This document shows, in pieces, positions 45,428 to 53,815 of a DNA stretch of 64,000 nt. Below the pieces are notes generated by a model. The model made no database searches, was not told where the DNA came from, and worked only from the letters and a program-made list of their open reading frames with translations. Both the position numbers and the translations under genes were made by a program. Source of the stretch: Candidatus Aminicenantes bacterium (lineage in GTDB: Bacteria; Acidobacteriota; Aminicenantia; Aminicenantales; Saccharicenantaceae); NCBI GenBank assembly GCA_017999365.1, contig JAGNLW010000001.1:130239-194238 (forward strand). Direction: 5' to 3'. Position 1 is the first letter of the stretch. The number at the start of each line of letters is the position of its first letter.

Positions 45428-46371
45428 TCGTAGATCCCCTCGACGTCGATGAGGTCCTCGAAGGCGTCCTCCCCTTTCTTGCCGACGAGGCCGATGACGT
45501 AATATTCCTTGCTCATGTGGTCGTAGCGGTATTCCTTGATGAGGCGGAAGTTCTCGATCTTGCCGCTCGAGGAGACGTGGGTCCGCGTCCCCGTGCAGGG
45601 CATGGTGCTCTCGCCGATGCCCAGGGTGTTTTCGCCGCAGACGGACAGCGGCACGTCCTTGGCGATGATGGCCAGGACCTTCTTCTCGAGCTCGTGGAGG
45701 TCGACGTCGGGCCGCTCCTTGAAGTTCAGGACGAAGCCCTGGCGGACGTCGGAGTGCAGGGGCGGGAAGGGGATGCGGTAGTCCTTCTCCAGGACCATGC
45801 AGGTGATGTCCTCGGCCGAGTGGGCCATCAGCCGGTACCTGATGGTCTTGTCGACGACCTCCTTGATGGCCCGGGGGAAGGGCCCGAAGACCGTCGGCCG
45901 GGCGACGATGATCTCCTCGCCGATGCCGATGAGGACCTGGGCGTTGTGGCCCAAGGACTCGTAGACGAGGTCGAAGTGCTCGACGACGACCCGGCGGTGG
46001 TGGGAGACGGCCTTGAGGATGGCCTCCGCGAGCTCGTACTTCTGGTGGAAGGCCAGCTCGTAGCGGGCGTCGATGTGGAAGGTGTGGCCCGAGAAGGGGT
46101 CGGCGGGGTCGAAATCGTAGAGCGGCGTCGGCCGGACGTTGATGCCCTCGTCGTCGTTGGTCAGCTCGAGCCCGGGGAAGAGCCCCTTGATGAGGGTCGA
46201 CTTGCCCGAGCCCTCAGCGCCGAGGATACCGATGAGCAGGTCGGTCGGCGTCAGGTACTTCTGGGCCAGCTCGGCCGCGACCATGTACAGCCGGTTGCTG
46301 CCGCGGGGGGCGTAGTAGGTGGCGTAGAGGAGCGTCTCGCGGTGGACCGTGCCTTGGCCGAGCTTCATCAT
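45424..46371 (-). CDS. P-loop NTPase of unknown function
   Basis: Walker A GILGAEGSGKST. 315 aa. Overlapping start/stop with its neighbours (ATGA) on both sides implies an operon with the fumarase-like gene and the DUF1446/DUF4387 pair. Confidence 0.55.
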   Translation of the reverse strand: MMKLGQGTVHRETLLYATYYAPRGSNRLYMVAAELAQKYLTPTDLLIGILGAEGSGKSTLIKGLFPGLELTNDDEGINVRPTPLYDFDPADPFSGHTFHIDARYELAFHQKYELAEAILKAVSHHRRVVVEHFDLVYESLGHNAQVLIGIGEEIIVARPTVFGPFPRAIKEVVDKTIRYRLMAHSAEDITCMVLEKDYRIPFPPLHSDVRQGFVLNFKERPDVDLHELEKKVLAIIAKDVPLSVCGENTLGIGESTMPCTGTRTHVSSSGKIENFRLIKEYRYDHMSKEYYVIGLVGKKGEDAFEDLIDVEGIYE

Positions 46372-46391
46372 GGAGCGGCCTCCTCTCTCCC

Positions 46392-46703
46392 CTAGTAGGT
46401 CAGGCTCAGGAGCGGGGCGTGCTGCTGCGCGCCGTAGATGTCGGTCTCGCCCGCGTCGCCCGACGGGATGGGCCGGCGCATGGTGATCTTGAGGGCGTTG
46501 CTGGGCTCGAAGTAGACGATCTTGAGGATGTCGGCGACGGGCCGCTTGTAGAGCGCGGCGACCTTCCTCTTGGTGACGATGTTCCGGCGGCGGAAGAGCT
46601 CGAAGTGCTCGCGGTCCTTGAACAGGATGTCGAGCGTCAGCTCGTAGGGCCCGGAGTTCTTGGACCGGATGACCTTGGCGGCGCCGAGGATGCTGCGCTT
46701 CAT
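46392..46703 (-). CDS. Small protein (103 aa), DUF4387-like
   Basis: Start ATG 46703 with an AGGAG RBS. It is the in-frame tail of artefactual ORF 46392..47795. It sits directly downstream of the DUF1446-like gene, a pairing I recall as conserved. Confidence 0.5.
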   Translation of the reverse strand: MKRSILGAAKVIRSKNSGPYELTLDILFKDREHFELFRRRNIVTKRKVAALYKRPVADILKIVYFEPSNALKITMRRPIPSGDAGETDIYGAQQHAPLLSLTY

Positions 46704-48097
46704 GATATCTCCTTTCCGCCCCGGAAGACGACCGTCCGGGCTGGGAAATCGTCCGGACGGGCGACCGGCATCAGGTGATAGACCGAGAACTCGAAGACCT
46801 CGCCCATTTTGGCATCGGAGGGCGAGAAAGGCAAGGCCAGGTTGCCGGCCGTCGAGATGCGGCCGGGATAGCCGTAGTGGAGCAGGGTCGAGCGGGTCAG
46901 GCCGCAGACCGAGTCGGCCGCGGCCTGGGTCGGACCGACGGCCTCGATGACGAGGCCCAGCTCGTGCGAGCGGACCGTCTTCTCGGGCTCCAGGGCGCCC
47001 ATGACCCCGTCCTTGCCGTAGACGTGGAAGAAGACCCGGCCCTCGACCTTCTCGGCCGCCAGGATGTCCTTGACCTGGGACTCGACGCCGGCCAGGATGC
47101 CGTCGATCTCGCGGATCATGATGGGGTCGCGGGTGCCGGCCACGGCGATGGTCCGGTAGCCGACCCGGCGGACGCCCTCGAGCTTGACGAAATACCGCTC
47201 GGTCTCGACGTGGCGGCTGCCGCGGACCTCGACCCGGCCGCCGGGAAGCTCGGTGAACGAGCAGGCGGTCAGGTCGAGCTCGCCGCCGGGGCCCGGCAGG
47301 TGATAGGGATCGGTCTTCTCGTAGAGGGTGTGGGCGGCCGTCGAGACCTTGGTGAAGCGGCGCTTGGGATTGAGGGACTCGAGGACGAAGGAGTCCTCGG
47401 TGAGGGTGGCGAAGGCGCAGTCGGCCCCGGAGCCCGGCGTCGCGGCGATGGCCGCGCACTCCAGGATCTTGCCCATGTGGATGGCCAGGCCCGGGCCGAA
47501 GCCGCGGGCGATGGGCAGGGCGGCGAAGACGGCCGGGTCGTAGCAGCGGCCGGCCAGGACGACCTGGCAGCCGTCCGCCAGGGCCTTCTGGATGGGCTCG
47601 ACGCCCATCTGGCAGACGACGTTGACCGACTCGTCGAGGACGGCCTCGGTGAGCGGCGGGACATAGGTCAGCGGCACGATCTCGCCCTTGCGCAGGTGCC
47701 TGCGGACGACGGCCTTGGGGACGTCGGAGTAGATGATGCCCAGCGTGAAGCTCAGCTTCTCCTCGGCCGCGATCTCGCGGACGATCTCCTCGCACCAGTC
47801 GACGTGGGGCCGGGCCCCGCTGCCGCCGGCCGTGCCGACGACGACGGGGATGCCGCGCTCGACGCCGGCCTTCAGCATGAAGCGCAAGTCGCGCTTGACG
47901 GCCGAGCGGTCGGTGAAGGACTTGCCCGCCCCGAGGTAGTAGGGGCCGGGGTCGGTCGAGCCGGCGTCGGCCCCGATGAGGTCTGGCTCCTTGGCCAGGC
48001 CGGCCATGAAGGAGGCCTCCGGGAAGCCGTAGCCGAGGATGGCCGTCGTCGACAGGACGCGGAACTCTTTCTTGGCTTTTTTCGGCCGGGCGGCCAT
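46700..48097 (-). CDS. DUF1446 (AtuA-like) family protein, function unknown
   Basis: 465 aa. AGGAGG RBS. Its stop overlaps the start of the small downstream gene. The family assignment is from recollection of the conserved DUF1446+DUF4387 gene pair and is uncertain. Confidence 0.55.
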   Translation of the reverse strand: MAARPKKAKKEFRVLSTTAILGYGFPEASFMAGLAKEPDLIGADAGSTDPGPYYLGAGKSFTDRSAVKRDLRFMLKAGVERGIPVVVGTAGGSGARPHVDWCEEIVREIAAEEKLSFTLGIIYSDVPKAVVRRHLRKGEIVPLTYVPPLTEAVLDESVNVVCQMGVEPIQKALADGCQVVLAGRCYDPAVFAALPIARGFGPGLAIHMGKILECAAIAATPGSGADCAFATLTEDSFVLESLNPKRRFTKVSTAAHTLYEKTDPYHLPGPGGELDLTACSFTELPGGRVEVRGSRHVETERYFVKLEGVRRVGYRTIAVAGTRDPIMIREIDGILAGVESQVKDILAAEKVEGRVFFHVYGKDGVMGALEPEKTVRSHELGLVIEAVGPTQAAADSVCGLTRSTLLHYGYPGRISTAGNLALPFSPSDAKMGEVFEFSVYHLMPVARPDDFPARTVVFRGGKEIS

Positions 48098-48098
48098 G

Positions 48099-49352
48099 TC
48101 AGGCCTCCTTCCCCGTCCGCGAGCGGAGCACGGCCAGGACCCGCTCCATCTCGTTGCGGACGATCATGTAGCCCTCGTCGAAGCCCATGCCCGGCTTGGC
48201 CAGCAGGCGCTCGGCCCGGGCGGCCACGGCGGCGTGGACGCAGGCCTTGGCCGAGACCTCGGTCTCGTTGCAGGTGCCGCCCTGGTAGGCCTCCATGCCG
48301 TGGGCCCGGCAGTGGAGGACGGCCTCGATGGTGTTCTGGATGCCGCCGAGGTCGGGCGTCTTGATCTGGACCATGTCGCAGGACTGGGCGGCCGTGAAGT
48401 CGACGACGTCCTCGTAGGTGTTGCACCACTCGTCGGCGACGATCTTGACCCGGGAGCCCTTGGCCCGCAGCTCGCGGCGGATGGCGGCCAGGAGCTCGAT
48501 CTGTCGGGGCTTCTCGCCGGCGTCGACGGGCCCCTCGATGTAGAGCGGGAACTCGCCGGCCACGGGCTCGAGCGAGGCCAGGTAGTCGGCCACGCGGGCC
48601 GGCTTGAGGGCGCAGATGACGCCGATCGTGCCGTAGACGTCGATGTGGAGGGTCGGGACGTAGGCGGGGTCGGTCCGGACCTTGCGGATGCGGTCGACGA
48701 GCCAGCCGACGTACTCGCGGAGGAGCTCGCCCTCGTGGCCGAGCTTGGTCTTGACGTTGTTGATGAGGGCGTGGGGCAGGACGTCGACCCGCTTCATGAT
48801 CATCTTGTCGGCGTTGATGTAGCGGTCGTCGCCGCTCTGCCCGAAGATGGGCACGCGCTCGGCGACGACGGGCAGGCCGTACTCCTCGCAGACGACCTCG
48901 GCCATGATCCGGCCCGTGGCCAGGGCCCGGGCGTGGAGCAGGGCCTGGGACAGGCCGTAGCGGATGGCCGTGTGCAGGCGCCGCCCCCCGAACTCGAGGG
49001 CCTCGAACCGGGCGGCCAGGTCGCGGAAGCGGCCGACCTCGGCGCCCTCGAGAAGGGGCCGTATCTCGCGCTCGAGGAGGGGCAGGTAATCGGCGGCGAG
49101 GAACAGGGGGTCGCGGCCGCCGGCCCCGGAGTACTGGACGGCGGCGCAGTCACCCAGGGCCCAGCTGCCGTTCTCGAGCTGGAGCAGGACGGACAGGGCC
49201 TCGCCGGCGACCCGGACGGCCTTGAAGCCGGGGGTCTCGGGCTTGCCTCCGTAGACGGCGCCGTCGTGCGGCGCGCCGGATTTGATGGCCTGCTGGTCGT
49301 CGAAATAGAAGGCCGACGACCCGGGCACGAACAGGGCTTTGACGATCTTCAT
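48099..49352 (-). CDS. Methylaspartate ammonia-lyase (beta-methylaspartase)
   Basis: Start MKIVKALFVPGSSAFYFDDQQAIK (MAL N-terminal signature). 417 aa enolase-superfamily protein. It is the tail of artefactual ORF 48099..50237. Confidence 0.9.
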   Translation of the reverse strand: MKIVKALFVPGSSAFYFDDQQAIKSGAPHDGAVYGGKPETPGFKAVRVAGEALSVLLQLENGSWALGDCAAVQYSGAGGRDPLFLAADYLPLLEREIRPLLEGAEVGRFRDLAARFEALEFGGRRLHTAIRYGLSQALLHARALATGRIMAEVVCEEYGLPVVAERVPIFGQSGDDRYINADKMIMKRVDVLPHALINNVKTKLGHEGELLREYVGWLVDRIRKVRTDPAYVPTLHIDVYGTIGVICALKPARVADYLASLEPVAGEFPLYIEGPVDAGEKPRQIELLAAIRRELRAKGSRVKIVADEWCNTYEDVVDFTAAQSCDMVQIKTPDLGGIQNTIEAVLHCRAHGMEAYQGGTCNETEVSAKACVHAAVAARAERLLAKPGMGFDEGYMIVRNEMERVLAVLRSRTGKEA

Positions 49353-50800
49353 TTGGGCCTCCCGATGAGCTTGCCTTTGCTGATGGCATAGATGTCGTCG
49401 GTCACCATCTGGAAGGTGACCGGGCGCCCCTCGGTCCGGGACCGCTCCTGCAGGCGCTCCTTGTGGAAGTTCATGATGTCGTCGCCGAGGGGCAGGGCGC
49501 CCTTGGCGAAGAGGCGGATGTAGCCCTCGTTGTCGCGGATGGGCAGGACCTTGCCCTTGTTGTAGACCGACGGGGCGAAGGGCACGTCGAGGATGCCGGA
49601 GGCGAAGGCCCGGACGACGCCCTGGACGAGGTCGTCGCCGGCGGCCGACAGGACGGCCCGCATGAGGGCGTCGACCTCGCGGCGGATGAGGTCCTTCTCG
49701 CGGTCGACGACGGCGTTGTCGGTGCAGATCCTCTGGTCCTGCATCATGCTCAGGACCTGGCGGGTGGCCTTGAGCCCGGCCGCGTTGGCCTCCTTGGTCG
49801 GGATGCCCATGGCCTCGTGGGGGGACTTGACGATGGTCTTCTCGACCTTGCCGGCGGCGGCGACGAAGGCGCCCGTGCTGATGACCGAGAAGGCCTTGGC
49901 CTCGTCCTCGGGGAAGCCGCCCATCCACTGGTGGAAGACCAGGGTCAGGTCGTAGTCGGAGAAGCCGGCGGCGCGGAAGTACTCGTCGGCGAGCTCCCGG
50001 AGGGAGGCCAGGGCGGCCAGGTCCTGCAGGACGTTGCCGCCCTGCCCGTAGCCGAGGGTCAAAGATTTGACGCCCTGCTCGAGGGCCAGCAGGCCCTCGA
50101 GGATGGCCACGGTGTGGGAGATGAAGGGCGGCACGAGGGTCCCCGTCAGCGGGCCGAAGGGCTCGCGGTTGACGCTGATGCCGTTCTCCTCGTAGTAGCC
50201 GGTCAGCCGGTCGACGTACTGCCAGTGGCGCAGGCACTCCCCGACCTCGACCTTCTTGGCGTAGGGGATGTTGTAGGAGATGCCGCCGCCCTCGTAGGAC
50301 GTGAAGCCGCCGGCCAGGGAGATCTCGGCCAGCAGCCGGGCGTCCGGGGTGCCGTGGCGGACCTGGGTCGGCCGGGAGACGGCCTCGGTGACCTTGCGGC
50401 AGCCGTCGCGGCCGTGATTGACGGCCGGGAAGCCGTTGAGGAGCGAGGTGCCGGCGGCCCGCGACTTCTCGATGCCGCGGGCGGCCTCTTCGTAGCGGTT
50501 CTGCCGCGTGTAGGCGTCGATCGTCGTCGGCAGGAGGTCGGCCGTGCCCTCGGTCTCGAGGAAGCGGAGCAGGCGGATGTGGTCGTCGATGAGGGCCACG
50601 CCGGCCCGCGGTTGGATGAGGGTGCGGCCCTCGGCCTTGGCCTTGGCCATGGCTTTGGCGAAGTTCTTTTCCGCGGGCAGGGCGCGCTGGTAGCGCAGGC
50701 CGTCCTCGATGTCGGCGACGTCCCGGCCGGTCGGCCAGGAGTCGAGCACGGCCTGGCGCTGGGCCAGAAAGTCCTTCCAGGGCATGCGGTGGTGTGTCAT
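49349..50800 (-). CDS. glmE: Glutamate mutase epsilon (E, catalytic) subunit / methylaspartate mutase E chain
   Basis: 483 aa, the typical GlmE/MutE size. Conserved along its whole length. Start overlaps the MAL start region (ATGA). Confidence 0.9.
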   Translation of the reverse strand: MTHHRMPWKDFLAQRQAVLDSWPTGRDVADIEDGLRYQRALPAEKNFAKAMAKAKAEGRTLIQPRAGVALIDDHIRLLRFLETEGTADLLPTTIDAYTRQNRYEEAARGIEKSRAAGTSLLNGFPAVNHGRDGCRKVTEAVSRPTQVRHGTPDARLLAEISLAGGFTSYEGGGISYNIPYAKKVEVGECLRHWQYVDRLTGYYEENGISVNREPFGPLTGTLVPPFISHTVAILEGLLALEQGVKSLTLGYGQGGNVLQDLAALASLRELADEYFRAAGFSDYDLTLVFHQWMGGFPEDEAKAFSVISTGAFVAAAGKVEKTIVKSPHEAMGIPTKEANAAGLKATRQVLSMMQDQRICTDNAVVDREKDLIRREVDALMRAVLSAAGDDLVQGVVRAFASGILDVPFAPSVYNKGKVLPIRDNEGYIRLFAKGALPLGDDIMNFHKERLQERSRTEGRPVTFQMVTDDIYAISKGKLIGRPK

Positions 50801-50811
50801 GGGTGTCCTCG

Positions 50812-52230
50812 TTATGCCTTTCGATCGGAGAGGGGCGTCAGGAGCTTGAGCCCGGCGACGGCGGCGCGGGCGGCCGCGTCGGGGAATTCCGCCGCCAGGT
50901 TCCCCAACAAGGGGAAGAGGTATTGGGCGTCCGCGTAGCAGGCCGGGTCCTCGGGGACCAGGTGCCGCGTGTCGGGGTCGGTCGAGCCGGGGGCGCGGAC
51001 CTCGAGCAGCAGGGACGGGTCATCGTGGCCGGCCAGGAAGCCGCCCGAGCCGACGAGGCGCGAGACCCGGCGGAGGTCCTTGCCGCGTTGGACATCGAAG
51101 CCGCCCTGGGGCGTGAAGACCCGTTGGACGACGCCGGCGTGCCGCAGGGCCGAGGCCCGGACGCAGGCGGCGGCCAGGAGGCGGTCGAAGCGCCGGCCGC
51201 GGTCGTCGGCGGGCAGGCGGTCGGTGGCCCGGCTGACCTCCTCGACATAGGCCTTGAGCGCGGCCGGCGTCTCGCCGAGGGCGGCCAGGCGCGACTCGAG
51301 GAAGGCGGCCTCGGACCGGTACAGGGCTTCGGCCGAGACCCGCAGGCCCAGGTCCCCCTCGACGGTCCGCTTGAGCCGGGGCTCGCGCAGGCCGCGCAGG
51401 AGGACCGTGTCGCCGCCGTGGAACGATTCCGTGTGCGAATAGAAGTCGGTCGTGGCCCCGCCCATGTCGATGAGGGCGAAGTCCTGCCAGCCGGGGACGC
51501 GCTCGCCGATCGTGCGGACGAGCTCGAAGACGGCCAGCGGGGTCGGCAGGGGCTCGCGGCCGGCCGCGGCCGCGACGCCGGACAGGCCCTTGCCGTCGAC
51601 GATGCGCTCGAGGAAGGCCCGACGGATGACCTCGCGGGCCGGCTCGATGTCCAGGACGCCGACCTCGGGCATGACGTTGGCGGCCGTGACCAGATCGAGC
51701 CCGGCCAGGAGGCGGGCCACGTCGTCGCGGACCTTGCGGTTGCCGGCGTAGAGGTGGACGGCCGGCAGGGCCGCTTCGGCCAGGCGGGCGGCGTTGTGGA
51801 GGACGATCCGGGCATTGCCGCCGTCGGTGCCGCCGGTGAGGAGGACGATGTCGGGGGCGGCCGCGGCCAGCTCGGCCAGGTCGTCGGAGGCCAGCTCGTA
51901 GGAGAAGGCCCGGACGACCTTGCCGCCGGCCGAGGTCGCGGCCATGCGGGCGACGGAGAGCGTCAGGTCGGGGGTCAACCCGACGGCGGCGATCTTGAGC
52001 CCGCCGCGGGCCGACGAAGACCAGTGGACGGGGACGGCCGAGGCGTCGGCCGCGGGCAGGCCGGCGCAGACGGCTTCGCGGACGGCGGAGAAACCGCGGC
52101 CGAGGTCGTCGACGGTGGTCGGCCGGACGGCCCGGGCGACCGGGCGGAGCTCCTCCCCGGCCAGGGAGAACAGGCCTCCCTTGGTGTAGGTCGACCCGAT
52201 GTCGACGGATAGGAGGAGCCGGGCGTCCAT
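50812..52230 (-). CDS. glmL: Glutamate mutase component L (GlmL/MutL, ASKHA-fold reactivase/chaperone)
   Basis: Start MDARLLLSVDIGSTYTKGG (MutL-type DxGST motif) with an AGGAGGAG RBS. 472 aa. It is the tail of artefactual ORF 50812..52443. Confidence 0.8.
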   Translation of the reverse strand: MDARLLLSVDIGSTYTKGGLFSLAGEELRPVARAVRPTTVDDLGRGFSAVREAVCAGLPAADASAVPVHWSSSARGGLKIAAVGLTPDLTLSVARMAATSAGGKVVRAFSYELASDDLAELAAAAPDIVLLTGGTDGGNARIVLHNAARLAEAALPAVHLYAGNRKVRDDVARLLAGLDLVTAANVMPEVGVLDIEPAREVIRRAFLERIVDGKGLSGVAAAAGREPLPTPLAVFELVRTIGERVPGWQDFALIDMGGATTDFYSHTESFHGGDTVLLRGLREPRLKRTVEGDLGLRVSAEALYRSEAAFLESRLAALGETPAALKAYVEEVSRATDRLPADDRGRRFDRLLAAACVRASALRHAGVVQRVFTPQGGFDVQRGKDLRRVSRLVGSGGFLAGHDDPSLLLEVRAPGSTDPDTRHLVPEDPACYADAQYLFPLLGNLAAEFPDAAARAAVAGLKLLTPLSDRKA

Positions 52231-52232
52231 CG

Positions 52233-52652
52233 TCAGTTCTTCCGGGCCTCGATGTCCTGGCGGAGCAGGCGGACGGCCTCGGCCAAGTCGACCTGGGGCG
52301 GGAAGACCCGGTCGAAGCCCATGGCCTTGAACTTCCGCTCGACCTCCTCGAAGGGGGTCTTGCCGACGACGAGGTTGCCGCCGGCGTAGAGCAGGACCGA
52401 CTCCAGGCCGCGCTCGACGGCCTTCTGGCGCAGGCCCTCGCAATCGATGAGGCCGTGGCCGTAGAGCGAAGAGACCAGGATGGCCTTGGCGTCCGACTCG
52501 ACGGCGGCGTCCAGGAACTCGTCCTGGCTGACCATGACGCCGAGGTTGACGACGTGGAAGCCGGCCTCCGTGAAGTAGGCGTCGAGGATCTTGTTGCCGA
52601 CCGAGTGGCAGTCGGCCCCGATGACGCCCAGGACGATGCGCGGGGCGTCCAT
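52233..52652 (-). CDS. glmS: Glutamate mutase sigma (S, B12-binding) subunit
   Basis: 139 aa. RIVLGVIGADCHSVGNKIL is the cobalamin-binding DxHxxG region of MutS/GlmS. Confidence 0.9.
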   Translation of the reverse strand: MDAPRIVLGVIGADCHSVGNKILDAYFTEAGFHVVNLGVMVSQDEFLDAAVESDAKAILVSSLYGHGLIDCEGLRQKAVERGLESVLLYAGGNLVVGKTPFEEVERKFKAMGFDRVFPPQVDLAEAVRLLRQDIEARKN

Positions 52653-53656
52653 CACAGGCTCCGGGGGCCTTCGTCGAGGAGCGTCCTCAGGCGCTCCTCC
52701 ACGTTGAGCAGGGACCCCCGCTCGATCTGGTAGTCGAACGGGATGATGGTCCCGCCTCGCTCGGTGAACTCCTGGAGGGCGGCCAGGTGCTCGCGGTCGC
52801 GCTGCAGGGAATAGCCGGCCGGGATGATGACGGCGTCGAGCCCGGCGATGAAGGCGCCGAGGCGGTCGAGCTCGGACCAGAACAGCGGGGCCACGGCGGA
52901 GCCGGGCACGTCGAAGGCCTTGAGGTGGTCGAGGACGATCTCCAGGAAGCGCCGGGACTCGCAGACGACGCCGATCTTCTGGGACGGCGTCAGGCGGGCC
53001 AGGGCGATGATGGAGTTGCGGGTCGGGGCCATGGCCACCTGGACGAGCTTGGCCTTGAGGCCGGGGAAGCGCTCCAGGACCTCGCCGAAATGGGTCGTCG
53101 TCGTCAGGACCAGGTCGAAGTTCTGCAGGCGCTCGGCGCCCTGGGGATCCTCGAGCAGGTCGTCGACCAGGAACTTGGCCATGTTGACCCGGGGGATGAT
53201 CTGGAACTGGCGCTCGATGATGGACAGGGTCTCGGGGTTGCAGTCGACGGCGGCCACGTTGAGGTTCTGGAGGTCGTCCTCGCGCCCGAGCAGGCGGAGG
53301 TCGAAGAAGATGCGGATGTCGTGGGCGCTGAACTTGAGGCGGGCCAGCTCGTCGATGAGCTCGTCGATGAGGCGGAGGGCCTTGTCCTTGCGGCTCTCGG
53401 CCGGCGAGGTGCGCTCGGGGGCGACGAAGCTGCCCCGGCCGGGTGCGGCCTCGATGAGGCGGCGCCGGACGAGCTCCTCGTAGGCCTTCTTGACCGTGCC
53501 CCGGGCGGTGTGGAGGTCCCCGGCCAGGTCGCGCTCGGCGGGCAGTTTCTGGCCCGGCTTCATGCGGCCGGACTTGATCTGCTTCTCGAAGAACTCCATG
53601 ATCTGCTGATAGGCCGGCTTGGCCCCAGGAAATTTCTCGAGCTTGAAACCGTCCAT
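52652..53656 (-). CDS. GntR-family transcriptional regulator with C-terminal ligand-binding domain
   Basis: N-terminal winged HTH (...GQKLPAERDLAGDLHTARGTVKKAYEEL...). 334 aa. Sits at the head of the glutamate mutase operon. Confidence 0.8.
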   Translation of the reverse strand: MDGFKLEKFPGAKPAYQQIMEFFEKQIKSGRMKPGQKLPAERDLAGDLHTARGTVKKAYEELVRRRLIEAAPGRGSFVAPERTSPAESRKDKALRLIDELIDELARLKFSAHDIRIFFDLRLLGREDDLQNLNVAAVDCNPETLSIIERQFQIIPRVNMAKFLVDDLLEDPQGAERLQNFDLVLTTTTHFGEVLERFPGLKAKLVQVAMAPTRNSIIALARLTPSQKIGVVCESRRFLEIVLDHLKAFDVPGSAVAPLFWSELDRLGAFIAGLDAVIIPAGYSLQRDREHLAALQEFTERGGTIIPFDYQIERGSLLNVEERLRTLLDEGPRSL

Positions 53657-53668
53657 GCTTACTCCTTA

Positions 53669-53798
53669 TGGTATGTACCAATAATAATTGGACTATACCT
53701 TTTATATACCGCCTGATAATGTTTGTCAAGTGAAAATTATGTCAAAGGTATGGACCAATAAGAAACCACTTGCCATCGCGGTCCACCATATATATAAT
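53669..53798 (+). promoter_or_regulatory. Divergent control region: direct repeats GGTATGTACCAATAA (53670-53684) and GGTATGGACCAATAA (53747-53761), plus TTGCCA-17-TATAAT promoter (53770-53798)
   Basis: AT-rich 160-bp intergenic region between the GntR gene and the giant ANL-GNAT gene. Repeat 1 contains the perfect palindrome GGTA-TG-TACC (GntR-type operator). A third degenerate copy (GGTATAGTCC, reverse) lies at 53690-53699. Confidence 0.45.
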
Positions 53799-53815
53799 GA
53801 GGGGGAGGGAATGTC

